Assembly: GCA_963703655.1 (NCBI GenBank)
Contig: CAVPFA010000008.1
Coordinates: forward strand, 4,060-68,059
Direction of reading: 5' to 3'
Length of the DNA stretch: 64,000 nucleotides
From: an uncultured Acidimicrobiaceae bacterium
GTDB taxonomy: Bacteria > Actinomycetota > Acidimicrobiia > Acidimicrobiales > Bog-793
In this document: positions 28,093 to 38,225 of the stretch, one piece after another
Numbering within the stretch: position 1 is the stretch's first letter
How the letters are laid out: each line of letters begins with the position of its first letter
The notes under the pieces: generated by a model
The model's input: the letters and a program-made list of their open reading frames with translations, nothing else
Told to the model about the DNA's origin: nothing
Databases searched by the model: none
Program-made: the position numbers and the translations under genes

Positions 28093-29636
28093 ACGGCATC
28101 GTGACCCCCGAGCGCACCTCCGCGGTCCCACCGATCAGCTTCGGCGTCGGAGCCGAGCAGCTTCGGGACCGGCTCGGCGGAGATCGCGTCGCACTCGACG
28201 ACGGCTTCCTCGACCGCCTCTCTGGGGCCTGTGCGGTCCTCGACTCTGACCCCGACGCGCTGGCCGAGGCGGGCCGCGACTGGTGGCCCATCTCGCTGCG
28301 GTGGGCGCTGTCGGGGTCGGTGCCGGCGCGGCCCGGCGTCGTCGCCCGCCCCGCTGACGTCACCGAAGTCGCCGGCGTGCTCCGGTGCTGCAACGACGCC
28401 GGCGTCCCGGTCACCGCGACCGGAGGGCGCAGTGGCGTGTGCGGCGGCGCCGTCCCGGTCTTCGGCGGCGTCAGCCTCGATTGCTGCGCCCTCGACGGTG
28501 TGCAGGAACCCCTGAGCGGAGCCCTGCTCGTCGACGTCGGGGCCGGCGCCTTCGGGGGCGATCTCGAACGGGCGCTTCGGACCCGCTACGGGCTCACCAC
28601 CGGCCACTGGCCCCAGTCGGTCGAGCTCGCGACGCTCGGAGGCGCGATCGCGTGCCGCGGCGCCGGCCAGTACTCGACCCGCTACGGGAAGATCGAGGAC
28701 ATCGTGGCCGGCCTCGAGGTCGTTCTCGCCGACGGGACGGTCGTGCGCACGGGCGCGCTGGCCGGGCGCGGAGCCGGGCCTCGCTCGGCCACGGGGCCGG
28801 ACCTGACGAACCTGTTCGTGGGCAGCGAGGGCACGCTCGGCGTCATCACCTCCGCCCGGCTTCGAGCCCACCCGGTCGCGGCCACCGAGCGGCGCGCGGC
28901 CTGGGCCTTCTCGAGCTTCGCCGAGGGTCTCGAGGCGCTTCGCCGAACACTCCGGCGCGGTGCGACGCCCGCGGTCGTTCGCCTCTATGACCCGACCGAG
29001 TCGCAACGTGGCTTCGACTCGGTCGAGGGCAGCATCCTCGTCGCCGTCGACGAGGGCGACGAGGTCATCGTCGACGCCGCGATGCAGGTGCTCTCGGAGG
29101 AGTGCAAGACGGGCGAGCCGCTGGACGTCGCCGTCGTCGAGCGCTGGTTCGCTAACCGCAACGACGTGTCGGCGCTCGAGTCGGTCGTCCGGGCCGGGAT
29201 CGTGGCCGACACGATCGAGATCTCCGCACCGTGGACGTCGCTCCCGAGCATCTACGAGGGCGCGTTGGCGGGGCTGCGGGAGACGCCCGGGATCATCGCT
29301 GCCTCGGCGCACGAGTCGCACGCGTACCTCGAAGGGGCTTGCCTGTACTTCACGTTCGCCGGCCGTGGCCCAGATCCTGCCGACGACGCCTGGGCCGAGG
29401 CTTTCTACCGCCAATGCTGGCGCTGTGTCCTCAGCGCCACCTCGGCTCACGGGGGCTCGATCAGCCATCACCACGGCATCGGCCTGGTTCGTGGCCCGTA
29501 CCTCGCGGACGCCCTCGGCGCCGGCTTCGGGGTGCTGCGGAGCCTCAAGACGGTGCTCGATCCCCGGGGTATCTTGAACCCCGGAAAGCTCGGTCTTCCC
29601 TCGGCTTTCGGCGCCTCACCCTGGCCGGGAAGCTGA
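28080..29636 (+). CDS. FAD-linked oxidase (GlcD / alkyl-DHAP-synthase-like, PCMH-type FAD-binding domain)
   Basis: 518 aa. VPVTATGGRSGVCGGA and SHHHGIGL motifs. The exact start is uncertain; the ORF track start overlaps the glpD end by 13 nt. Confidence 0.8.
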   Translation: MGEVDGIVTPERTSAVPPISFGVGAEQLRDRLGGDRVALDDGFLDRLSGACAVLDSDPDALAEAGRDWWPISLRWALSGSVPARPGVVARPADVTEVAGVLRCCNDAGVPVTATGGRSGVCGGAVPVFGGVSLDCCALDGVQEPLSGALLVDVGAGAFGGDLERALRTRYGLTTGHWPQSVELATLGGAIACRGAGQYSTRYGKIEDIVAGLEVVLADGTVVRTGALAGRGAGPRSATGPDLTNLFVGSEGTLGVITSARLRAHPVAATERRAAWAFSSFAEGLEALRRTLRRGATPAVVRLYDPTESQRGFDSVEGSILVAVDEGDEVIVDAAMQVLSEECKTGEPLDVAVVERWFANRNDVSALESVVRAGIVADTIEISAPWTSLPSIYEGALAGLRETPGIIAASAHESHAYLEGACLYFTFAGRGPDPADDAWAEAFYRQCWRCVLSATSAHGGSISHHHGIGLVRGPYLADALGAGFGVLRSLKTVLDPRGILNPGKLGLPSAFGASPWPGS

Positions 29637-29698
29637 GCGCTGGTTGCGATCGCGAGGCGAGTTGAAAGGCGGGTGCTTTAAGTGCCGGTACGCTCGCT

Positions 29699-30700
29699 GT
29701 GCGTGAGGACCAGCTCGTGACCACCGACGATCTCGTCAGGCGACCCATCGTGGACGCGTCGCTCGACGACGCCTTAGAGCTGGCTGCGTCGCTCCAGAGG
29801 AATCTGAGCGCGGTGGTGCTCGGTACCCCCGGTGCCGTCGTAGCCGCGACGACGGCGGTCCTGGCGGCGGGGAACCTCCTTATCGAGGACGTACCGGGTG
29901 TCGGCAAGACGATGCTCGCGAAGGCGGTTGCTGTGTCGATCGGCACTCGTCTGGCACGCATCCAAGGTCACCCCGACCTGCTCCCGTCCGACATAACGGG
30001 AGTCTCGGTCTATTCCGCGTCGTCGGAGGCCTGGGACTTCCGGCCCGGTCCCGTATTTGCGCACGTCGTTCTCTTCGACGAGCTGAACCGGACCCCGCCG
30101 AGGAGCCAGGCGGCCCTGCTCGAGGCGATGGAGGAGCACCAGGTCACCGTCGACGCCGAGTCGTGGCCGCTGCCCGAGCCACACCTCGTGCTGGCGACTC
30201 AGAATCCTGTCGATCAGGCGGGGACGTTTCCTCTCGTCGAAAGTCAGATGGACCGTTTCCTGCTCGCCACGCGCCTCGGGTATCCGGACGAGGCCACCGA
30301 GACGAAGCTCGCGCTCGCTCACGGGGCCCAACCGTCGCTCTCCTCGCTCTCGCCCGTCTGCACTCCGGCCGGCCTCGCGGCCGCACAGGCGGCCGTTGCC
30401 GAAGTGCCCATCGCGCCCACGGTCGCGAGCTACGCCGTCGCCATCGTGCGAGCGAGTCGGGTGGACCCGCTCATCCGCCTCGGCGCCAGCCCTCGCGCGA
30501 CGATCGGGCTCCTCGCCGCCGCCCGGGCACACGCAGTGATAGCAGGCCGAGGCTTCGTGATTCCCGACGACGTCAAGGCAGTGGCGGTCAGCGTGCTCGC
30601 TCACCGCCTGGTCACCGACGCCGGCCCCGTCGGGGCGTTCGACGCCGGGATCGCGGCGGTGCGAGCGATCCTCGAACAGGTCCCCTCGCCGAGGCCTTGA
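29699..30700 (+). CDS. MoxR-type AAA+ ATPase
   Basis: Walker A LIEDVPGVGKT, Walker B VVLFDELNR, and the typical MoxR ending. It is the first gene of a MoxR-DUF58-transglutaminase operon. Confidence 0.9.
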   Translation: MREDQLVTTDDLVRRPIVDASLDDALELAASLQRNLSAVVLGTPGAVVAATTAVLAAGNLLIEDVPGVGKTMLAKAVAVSIGTRLARIQGHPDLLPSDITGVSVYSASSEAWDFRPGPVFAHVVLFDELNRTPPRSQAALLEAMEEHQVTVDAESWPLPEPHLVLATQNPVDQAGTFPLVESQMDRFLLATRLGYPDEATETKLALAHGAQPSLSSLSPVCTPAGLAAAQAAVAEVPIAPTVASYAVAIVRASRVDPLIRLGASPRATIGLLAAARAHAVIAGRGFVIPDDVKAVAVSVLAHRLVTDAGPVGAFDAGIAAVRAILEQVPSPRP

Positions 30701-31650
30701 TGCAAGGGCGCGCTCGGAGGGACGATCCCGCTGCGAGGCGGGCGCGCCGCAGCAGGGCCGCCGCTCCTCGGCTCCGCCAGCTAGCACTGCCGGAGCGGGC
30801 CCTCGGACCGGTCGCGGGCACGGTTCTGTTGTTGTTCGTCTGGGCCGGAGTGGCGCACGCGAGCGGCTCGGGCTGGGTACAGGCCGTGGGCGCGGTGACC
30901 GCAGGATTGCTCCTTCTCGGGCTCGTCGCTCCCGCGTTCGCGGCTCCGGGCCTCTCGCTCATCTGCGAGAGATCCCCCGCTGACGTGGTCGCCGGCTCCC
31001 CGGCGGTCCTCGACGTGGTCGGAAATCGGTCCATGCGCTGCACACCACGGTCGGCGGGCGGAATGCCCCTGTTGGTCTCGCGAAGGATCCCGGCACGCCT
31101 CGTCATCGTGCCGCACCGCCGTGGGGTCATCTCGACGGTCACGGTCCGGCTCGCCACCGCCGCCCCCTTCGGGTTGCTGTGGTGGTCGCGAGATCAAGTC
31201 CTCCAGCTGCCCCGCCCACTGCACGTGGCGCCCCAACCACGCGAGCAACATGCGGCGAGCACCGAGGTTCTCGCGACCGAAGACGGGCGCCACCCGCCTC
31301 GTCCGACGCTCACGGGAGACCTTCGGGGCGTTCGGCCCTACGAGCACGGCGACGGGCGGCGGCGGGTGCACTGGCACGCGAGCGCCCATACCGGTCACCT
31401 AATGGTGCGAGAGTCCGAGAGCCGCACCGACGAGCCGGTGCGGATAGTGGTCGACCTCCCTCGCGACCTCGACGCCGCCGACCGCCTCGCGGAGGAGGCC
31501 ATGGGAACGGCCGTGGCCGAGCTTCGGACCGGCCGCCGCGTGCTGATGGAGACGACCGAGATCACCGGCAAGGTCCTCGCCCCCGTGGCCGACCGCCTCA
31601 CCGCAGGGCGCCGTCTCGCGCGCTCGGTGGCGTCGGGCGAGAGGTCCTAG
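30700..31650 (+). CDS. DUF58 (vWA-related) protein partnered with MoxR
   Basis: The ATG at 30700 overlaps the moxR stop (TGATG). Two TM helices are followed by the DUF58 signature DLRGVRPYEHGDGRRRVHWHASAHTGHLMVRE. The upstream 179 codons of ORF 30163..31650 overlap moxR out of frame, so I discarded them. Confidence 0.85.
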   Translation: MQGRARRDDPAARRARRSRAAAPRLRQLALPERALGPVAGTVLLLFVWAGVAHASGSGWVQAVGAVTAGLLLLGLVAPAFAAPGLSLICERSPADVVAGSPAVLDVVGNRSMRCTPRSAGGMPLLVSRRIPARLVIVPHRRGVISTVTVRLATAAPFGLLWWSRDQVLQLPRPLHVAPQPREQHAASTEVLATEDGRHPPRPTLTGDLRGVRPYEHGDGRRRVHWHASAHTGHLMVRESESRTDEPVRIVVDLPRDLDAADRLAEEAMGTAVAELRTGRRVLMETTEITGKVLAPVADRLTAGRRLARSVASGERS

Positions 31651-31661
31651 GAGCCACGGGC

Positions 31662-34025
31662 ATGGCGACCGCCGCCGATCGCCGAAGGGCTGCTGCCCGC
31701 CGCCGAGGCGCTGACCCCACCCGTCGGGATCGGCGCGCCGTTGCTCTGAGCGCCCCCGACCGCCGTGGCGGCGCTGACCGCAGGGCCCCCACCAAAGGAC
31801 GGCGAGCTGCCGACGCCACGGCGGCAAGCTGGCGCGCCCTCGGGTTTTTTGAAATGGTCCGGCGTGCGAATGCGTCTCCGCCGCCCGAGCACTCCGTCAC
31901 CTTCCGGGTCTCGACGGCCGTCGCGGTCGTCACCGGCATCCTTGCCTGCGCCGCCGTGGGCGAGGTCTCGGTCCCGAGCGCCGTGCTCGCTTGCGCCGGG
32001 GCCGTGGCGGGGATGCTGTTCTCCTACCTGACTCGTCACAGACCGTGGCAGTGGGTGAAGCTCATTCTGGCGGTCGCGGTACTGGGAATCTTCGCCTCCT
32101 TCGTCCTGCAGGTCCTCGGCGCCGCACAGGCCGGCCAGCTGAGCTCGATCGAGGTCCCACTCGCCGGCCTGTTTACCTGGGTGCAGGTCATCCACGCCTT
32201 CGACGTACCCGCGAGACGGGACCTGCTCTTCTCGCTCGCCGCGGCCGGCGCTCTCCTGACGGTCGGAGCGGCCCAGGCGGTTTCGATCGGGTTTCTCGGC
32301 TACGTCGCGGTCTGGCTCGGGGCCTGCCTCGTCGGTCTCGGGTGCTCCTGGCGCTCGATGACCGGCGGGAGGGGTCCGATCGCGCTCGGCTCCATCGCGG
32401 CGACGGGCATGGTGGTCGTGCTGCTCGGCGGGGCTTTCCTCGTCTTCCTGCCGGCGCCCCGTGCGGCTCAATCGATCACGCTGCCCGCCTCTCTCACCTC
32501 TTACCTGCCACTGCGCGATCCCGCCGGCATCACTGGCAGCGGGTCCCAGTCGACCGAGCCTGCCCAAGCCGGCAAGCCGACCGGGCGCATCGGGGTCGGC
32601 GGCTACCTGGGGTTCGCGAGCGAGCTCGACACCGCAACCCGCGGCGGCCTCGGCAACGAGGTGGTGATGCGTGTGCGGGCCGACCGACCCGGCTATTTCC
32701 TGGGAATGACCTACGACACCTGGGACGGCCAGAACTGGAAACGCTCGCCATCCACCAGCCGGTTCACCGCCCTGCATACCGGATCGCCGTTCGACGTCAG
32801 TTCGGCCATGAGCTCTTTCCCAAAGGTTCGAGGCCAACTCGGCGGCGGCAGCTTCCTCGGGGCGCCCGGGGAACCGAGCTCGGGCTCGCTCGCTCTCGCC
32901 TTCGGACCCGCGAACGTCCAAACCTTCTATGTCGAACAGCAGCTCGCCAACCTGCTGTTCGCGACCGCCCAACCGACGCAGGTCTACTTCCCCGCACACT
33001 CGCTGATCGTCGGCGCGGACGGCTCGATGCGGTCCCCGATCGCAATGTCACCGGGCACCGTCTACACGGTCATCTCTGCCGACAACGCGGAGCCGCCGAG
33101 CGTCCTCTCGAGGATCCAGTCCATCGAGCCGTCCCAAGTCCCGAGCTCTCTCAAGCCTGACCTCCAGGTCTCACTGGTCCGCTACAAGCGGCTGGCGGCG
33201 CTCACCCTCCAGATCGTTACCGCCGCCCGGGCGACGACGACGTATGCGGAGGTGACCGCTCTCGAGGCGTGGATGGGTCGCCACCTGCGGTACTCGACCG
33301 ACATCCCACCTCTGCTGCCCGGCCAGGACGCCGTCAACCAGTTCCTGTTCGGCTCCCGGGTCGGCTATTGCGAGCAGATCTCGACGTCGCTGGCGGTCAT
33401 GCTCCGCACTTTAGGAGTGCCGACCCGCGAGGCGATCGGGTACGTGCCCGGGCCGTACGACCCGCTGAGCGACCTCTACGAGATACAGGCCAAGGACGCT
33501 CACGCCTGGGTGCAGGTGTGGTTCCCGGGGGTCGGGTGGCAGAGCTTCGACCCGACGGCGCAGGTGCCGCTCGCACCGCCTGATCCCGGCGCGGTGCTGC
33601 TCTCCGATATCGGCCACGCCATCGCCGGCCTCCCGTGGCCGCCCATCGGTGCCAGCCTCGGTGCGATCGCGCTCGGAGCGTTCTTCTATCTCGAGCGCCT
33701 CCGGCGCCGGCGGCGCCCGACGGGCTGGGTCGAGAAGGTCACGGCCGACCTCGAGCGCCGCGGCGCGGCGGCCGGACTGCGGAGGTTGCCGCCCGAGACC
33801 CTGGGTGAGTACTCGGCCCGGCTCGGCGCATTCGGCCGGTGGAGGGACGGGCCTGCTGCGACGGCTTCGCTCGGGATCGCGGCCGCCCTCCTCGAACGCG
33901 CCGCCTACGGGGGTTTCGAGCCGGACGGCCGAACGCGAGCGTTCGTCGAAGCCGTCGTAGGAGGGCTTCATCGCGCACGCGGCGGCCGCGGCGCGACCTC
34001 AGGCCGCCGGCTCACTACGGCGTGA
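31662..34025 (+). CDS. Transglutaminase-like domain membrane protein (TgpA-like)
   Basis: The start is at ATG 31662, just after the DUF58 stop. It has multiple TM helices and a Cys-His-Asp transglutaminase core (GYCEQISTSLAVMLRTLGVPTREAIGY ... DAHAWVQVWFPGVGWQSFDPT). Confidence 0.85.
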   Translation: MATAADRRRAAARRRGADPTRRDRRAVALSAPDRRGGADRRAPTKGRRAADATAASWRALGFFEMVRRANASPPPEHSVTFRVSTAVAVVTGILACAAVGEVSVPSAVLACAGAVAGMLFSYLTRHRPWQWVKLILAVAVLGIFASFVLQVLGAAQAGQLSSIEVPLAGLFTWVQVIHAFDVPARRDLLFSLAAAGALLTVGAAQAVSIGFLGYVAVWLGACLVGLGCSWRSMTGGRGPIALGSIAATGMVVVLLGGAFLVFLPAPRAAQSITLPASLTSYLPLRDPAGITGSGSQSTEPAQAGKPTGRIGVGGYLGFASELDTATRGGLGNEVVMRVRADRPGYFLGMTYDTWDGQNWKRSPSTSRFTALHTGSPFDVSSAMSSFPKVRGQLGGGSFLGAPGEPSSGSLALAFGPANVQTFYVEQQLANLLFATAQPTQVYFPAHSLIVGADGSMRSPIAMSPGTVYTVISADNAEPPSVLSRIQSIEPSQVPSSLKPDLQVSLVRYKRLAALTLQIVTAARATTTYAEVTALEAWMGRHLRYSTDIPPLLPGQDAVNQFLFGSRVGYCEQISTSLAVMLRTLGVPTREAIGYVPGPYDPLSDLYEIQAKDAHAWVQVWFPGVGWQSFDPTAQVPLAPPDPGAVLLSDIGHAIAGLPWPPIGASLGAIALGAFFYLERLRRRRRPTGWVEKVTADLERRGAAAGLRRLPPETLGEYSARLGAFGRWRDGPAATASLGIAAALLERAAYGGFEPDGRTRAFVEAVVGGLHRARGGRGATSGRRLTTA

Positions 34026-35241
34026 GCGCCAAGGCCTCCTTGAAGTTCGCCCCACGCTCGAGCAGGGGTCGATAGGCCATGAGGACCCTGGGGCGGCTGC
34101 ATCCGACGACCCCCGTCAGACGTCCCTCACGTCCGAACAGGGCCACAAAACGAAGCTCCTCCAACGACCCGTCCACCACCACGGTCTCGTCGGTGGTCTG
34201 CGGACTACCCATCACCTGGAGCTTGGCGTCGTACTGGTCCGACCAGACATAGGGCACCGGGGTAAAGGCGGGGCGAGGCCCGCCGCCGGCCCAGGCGAGG
34301 AGGCTCCCTGCGGCGTGCTCGCCCTGCTCGGCCGCGTTCGTTCGGTGCTCGACGCGAAGGCACTCCCCGGTCACGAGGTGTGGCCACCGGACGAGGTCGC
34401 CGGCTGCGACGACTCCGGGAGCCGCCGTGAGCGACTCGTCGCAGCTGAGCCCCCAGCGACCGACCTCGAGCCCGGATCCTTCGAGCCAGGATGTCGCCGG
34501 CAGCGCCCCCACCGCGACGAGCAGTGCGTCCCCCTGCACGCTCGTCCCGTCGCTGAGCTGGCAGGTGACGCCCGACCCGCGCCGCGTGCCCGTTTCGACG
34601 CTGTCGAGCGCGGTACCGAGCCGCAGGTCGACGCCGTGGTCTCGGTGCACGACCTCGAGCGCCCCACCTATGAGCTGACCAACGGCCCGTTCCAGCGGAA
34701 TGGCGAGGGGTTCGACGACGACCACGTCGGCACCGAGCCCGCGTGCGGTAGCAGCAACCTCGAGGCCGACAAACCCGGCTCCCGCGATGACGAGCCGGGC
34801 TCCCCCACCGGTGATGACGGCGCGAAGGGCCAGCGCGTCGTCGAGGTCGCGCAGCGCCATGACGTCCGGCCGACCCGTGATACCGGGAAGCGGCCGAGGA
34901 ACGGCGCCGGTCGCGATCACGAGCCCGTCGAAGCGCAGCGCACGACCGTCGGTCAGTACGACCGCCCTCGTCGCAAGGTCGAGGCTCTCTGCGGTCGATC
35001 CGAGATGGAGCTCGATCCCGAGGGCGTCGAGATCCGGGCGTGTCCTCAGCGTGCAACGATCGACGTCCCACAAGCCCGAGAGCAGCTGCTTCGAGAGGGG
35101 CGGGCGGTCGTAGGGCAGGTGGTTCTCGCTGCCGACGAGCGTGAGGCGTCCCTCGAAGCCGTGCTGGCGCAGAGCTTCACAGGCGCGCAATCCGGCCAAG
35201 CCAGCCCCGACGGTCACGACGGATCTGAGCGAATCGGCCAC
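34015..35241 (-). CDS. FAD/NAD(P)-dependent pyridine nucleotide-disulfide oxidoreductase (ferredoxin-reductase type)
   Basis: The GTG at 35241 gives VADSLRSVVTVGAGLAGLRACEAL (dinucleotide-binding GxGxxG). A second GxGxxG is present (LVIAGAGFVGLEVA). The upstream 99 codons of the ORF track are Arg/Ser-rich and overlap xseB, so I discarded them. Confidence 0.8.
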   Translation of the reverse strand: MADSLRSVVTVGAGLAGLRACEALRQHGFEGRLTLVGSENHLPYDRPPLSKQLLSGLWDVDRCTLRTRPDLDALGIELHLGSTAESLDLATRAVVLTDGRALRFDGLVIATGAVPRPLPGITGRPDVMALRDLDDALALRAVITGGGARLVIAGAGFVGLEVAATARGLGADVVVVEPLAIPLERAVGQLIGGALEVVHRDHGVDLRLGTALDSVETGTRRGSGVTCQLSDGTSVQGDALLVAVGALPATSWLEGSGLEVGRWGLSCDESLTAAPGVVAAGDLVRWPHLVTGECLRVEHRTNAAEQGEHAAGSLLAWAGGGPRPAFTPVPYVWSDQYDAKLQVMGSPQTTDETVVVDGSLEELRFVALFGREGRLTGVVGCSRPRVLMAYRPLLERGANFKEALALTP

Positions 35242-35323
35242 GAAACTGAGACTACGGGCAGCCCGGGGCGCAGCTGCAGGGCCCCGGCAGCCCGAGCGCC
35301 GGCTCGCCACGGCCCCCGACGAC

Positions 35324-35602
35324 CTAGCTGCCCTCGTCTCCGAAATCGCCCTCCTGGCCCACGGCTTCGAGCCGTGGCAACAACGAGCTGACCTTGTCCC
35401 GGGCTCCGCGGATGCGACGATCGAGCTCCTCGACGATCTCGACGGCTCGGCGCAGACGGACCTCGAGCAGGTCGACGTCGATGACGCCGCGCTCGAGTTC
35501 GGCAATCGTCGCATCGAGCTCCTCGCCCGCCTCCACATAGCCGAGCTCTGCGACCGGCCTTGAGCTGGTGACGGGCTCGGCGAAGGGGTCTGTCGTGCTC
35601 AT
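35324..35602 (-). CDS. xseB: Exodeoxyribonuclease VII small subunit
   Basis: 92 aa, helical, with a LEEIVEELE-like segment (LRRAVEIVEELDRRIRGARDKV). Its ATG overlaps the xseA stop (ATGA at 35600-35604). Confidence 0.8.
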   Translation of the reverse strand: MSTTDPFAEPVTSSRPVAELGYVEAGEELDATIAELERGVIDVDLLEVRLRRAVEIVEELDRRIRGARDKVSSLLPRLEAVGQEGDFGDEGS

Positions 35603-37191
35603 CAGGTCCCACCGCCGCCGGCAGCGCGAGTGGGTCGAACCTCCTCGACGACCGAGCCTGCGCTCCCGTCGGCAAAGGTGGTGATCAGCTTCTCGCCCGG
35701 GCGCAGGGAGACCGAGGATCGGACGATCCTCCCGTCCTCGTCACGTGTGAGCGACCAACCCCTCTCCAGCTGCCGCTGAGGCTCGAGCAGCTGCAGCAGC
35801 TCGCGCTGGTGGGAGACGCGCTGTGCCTCGAGGGTGATCAGTCGCGACGACGGGGCTGCAAGTCGCTGGGCGCGGTTCACCAGTTGCCCCTGGTTCCGCT
35901 CGATCGCCAAGAGCGCGGAGTTGCAGATGCGCGTCTCCGCGCCACGCAGAGCCGCATGGCAACGCTCGAGTGCGTGGCGGGCTGATCGACCAGTCGACGC
36001 ACAGGCTCGCGCCAGCTCCCGGCTCGCTTCGTCCAGCCGGGCTTCTACGCGTTGCGCGAGGAGTCGTGCGCGCCGGTCGATGCCCTCGAGATAGGTCGCG
36101 ACCGCCGCCACGACCGCCTCCCCGCACTGGGTCGGCGTCACGAGGGCTTGCTGCGCGACCTCGTCGGCGACCGACCGGTCGCCGGTGTGGCCGATACCTG
36201 TCCAGACCGGGAACGACGCGGTGGCGATCGCCCGTGCCACCAGCTCGGAGTCGAAGGCCTGAAGATCGCCCTTGGCTCCCCCTCCGCGCACGACGACCGC
36301 GAGCTGCGGCCCAAATGCCGCCAGCCTCCTCAGGGCGTCGGCGATGTGCGCGGGTGCCTCCGGCCCCTGAACGACCGACGGCACAAAACGGACGTCGAAT
36401 GCGTAACCAGATCGTGCCAACTGTCCCGTGAAGTCCCGGTAAGCCTCCGAGCCCGGGCTCGTCACGAGCCCGATGCGAAGCGGCACCGGCGCCATGGGGA
36501 GGCGTCGGTTCGCCTCGAGGAGGCCTTCGGCAGCAAGTGTGCCCAGCAACCGCCGGCGAGCCGCGGCGATTCCGCCGACCAGCGCCTCGACATCCAGCGC
36601 GGCCATGGAGAACCGCAACTTGCTTGCGCCCTCCCAGACCGTGACCCTGCCGCGCACCCGCACCACGAGCCCTGGTACAAGATCGACGCCGACCGCAGCC
36701 AGGTCGTACTCGATCACGGGCCAGTCCCGGGCCCAGCACGCGACCTCGAGGGTGGCGTTCCCGCTGCGAGCCGGCGGTCCCCACCTGGATGCCGTCGTGG
36801 CTTGTGCGGTCGGCGGCACCGGCCCGTCGAGATGATCCGCAAGCTCCAGGTAATGGTTGCCCCGGGAGGTCGTAACCTTCCGGATCTCCCCCGTCACCCA
36901 GACCTCGCCCGGAAAGGCGTCCCGAAGAGCACCGCGAATGCGGTCGTAGAGCTCGCTGATCGAAAGCGCCGCGTCCGAGACGGACCCCGGCGGCAATGAC
37001 TCCGCCGAGGCTACGACCGACAGCTTGGCCGGCTCGGGGACGACGGGCGATACCTCAGATGGCCGAAGGGCTGGCGACGCCCGGCCGGGCGAGGGACTCA
37101 CCGGATCTCGCGCCTGGCCGCCGCCTCCGAAATCGAAACGAAGCTCCTCGACGCCCGGACGTTTCCCCCGGGTCGCTCGGGTTCCGGCCAC
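35602..37191 (-). CDS. xseA: Exodeoxyribonuclease VII large subunit
   Basis: 529 aa. An N-terminal OB-fold region (VWVTGEIRKVTTSRGNHYLELAD) is followed by the catalytic region (GLVTSPGSEAYRDF, VVRGGGAKGDLQAFD) and a long coiled-coil. Confidence 0.85.
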   Translation of the reverse strand: MAGTRATRGKRPGVEELRFDFGGGGQARDPVSPSPGRASPALRPSEVSPVVPEPAKLSVVASAESLPPGSVSDAALSISELYDRIRGALRDAFPGEVWVTGEIRKVTTSRGNHYLELADHLDGPVPPTAQATTASRWGPPARSGNATLEVACWARDWPVIEYDLAAVGVDLVPGLVVRVRGRVTVWEGASKLRFSMAALDVEALVGGIAAARRRLLGTLAAEGLLEANRRLPMAPVPLRIGLVTSPGSEAYRDFTGQLARSGYAFDVRFVPSVVQGPEAPAHIADALRRLAAFGPQLAVVVRGGGAKGDLQAFDSELVARAIATASFPVWTGIGHTGDRSVADEVAQQALVTPTQCGEAVVAAVATYLEGIDRRARLLAQRVEARLDEASRELARACASTGRSARHALERCHAALRGAETRICNSALLAIERNQGQLVNRAQRLAAPSSRLITLEAQRVSHQRELLQLLEPQRQLERGWSLTRDEDGRIVRSSVSLRPGEKLITTFADGSAGSVVEEVRPTRAAGGGGT

Positions 37192-37236
37192 GGCCTCAGG
37201 CTACCGCTGGGCGAGGACATCCTCGGCGAGGGCGGA

Positions 37237-38115
37237 TCAGCAACCTTCCGGCGGGCCGAACGCGCCGGCGCCGAGGACCGGGTCGTCCACGATCCCGGCG
37301 ACAGACTTGCGAGAGATCGCACCGAGGTGCACGACGTACCACTCGCCGCGCCACGAGATGAGCGAGGCGACCATGAAGGATCGGACCTGACCGTGCACCT
37401 CGTAGACGAGGCGCGATCCGGCGACCTGGAAATACCCGATCCTGTTGAAGCAGTCGCCCGGCACGACCCACTGAGCCTGATCCGCGGGCACGGCCACGCG
37501 GACCAGCTTTGCATTCGAGGCTCCTTGTCCGAGCAGCCGGTGCGCGGCGTCGACGTCGAGCTGGAACTCCACGAGAAGGCGATTCAGGTAGTCCGTCCGC
37601 GGTGCCGGCAACGTCTTCAGCTGAAGGTACGCGGCCTCGGGGAAGAACGCCGGCAGCGCCGCTGCGAGTGAGTCCGATCGGATCCCCTGCCAGAGCGCTC
37701 CCATCGCGGATCGGAAGGCGGACGTGTCGGAGGAGGGGAGCTGGACGGTCTGTGGGAGAGAACCCGGGCCGGTGGCCGATAGTGTCGTCGAGCCTCCGGG
37801 GGAAGAGACCGCGGTGGCCGGCACGGACGCCCTGGTGGGCAAAAGCGTCGTCGCCGAGGTTGCCGTCCGCGAGATGCCGCCCCTGTCGTGTCGCGGACTC
37901 GAGCGGTGCGGTGAAGCCGAAGGTCGGTAGCCCACGGCGGTGAAAACGCCGGCAGCGAGCAGCATCGCCAACAGGGCGATCCCCGGCACGGTCGCCTTGT
38001 GCCGCACCAGCCCTTCGCGCCGGCTACGAGCCAACCGGTGCCCGGGACGTCCCGTGGCGCTGGGCTCCACCGCGGTGGTCCGCGGCCAGCGAGACAGCGT
38101 GCCCTGGCCGGTCAT
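37237..38115 (-). CDS. Hypothetical membrane-anchored/secreted protein
   Basis: The ORF carries a TM/signal segment (VPGIALLAMLLAAGVFTAV) and a conserved-looking C-terminal domain. I chose the internal Met at 38115 so it does not overlap the divergent bluB. No family recognised. Confidence 0.5.
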   Translation of the reverse strand: MTGQGTLSRWPRTTAVEPSATGRPGHRLARSRREGLVRHKATVPGIALLAMLLAAGVFTAVGYRPSASPHRSSPRHDRGGISRTATSATTLLPTRASVPATAVSSPGGSTTLSATGPGSLPQTVQLPSSDTSAFRSAMGALWQGIRSDSLAAALPAFFPEAAYLQLKTLPAPRTDYLNRLLVEFQLDVDAAHRLLGQGASNAKLVRVAVPADQAQWVVPGDCFNRIGYFQVAGSRLVYEVHGQVRSFMVASLISWRGEWYVVHLGAISRKSVAGIVDDPVLGAGAFGPPEGC

Positions 38116-38225
38116 TGACGGCCGAACGTACCATGCGATGCTTGCCGAGGGCGGCCACGGACTGGGGCGGCGGGACTGCCGGCCCCGCGCAGTGCGCTCT
38201 GCGGGCCTATAGCGGGAGCTTGCCA

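Noticed and set aside
30163-30699. N-terminal 179 codons of ORF 30163..31650, and likewise 31179..31661 of ORF 31179..34025
   Set aside because: They overlap the well-supported moxR and DUF58 genes out of frame and are Arg-rich nonsense. Proper starts at 30700 (TGATG overlap) and 31662 give family-typical N-termini.
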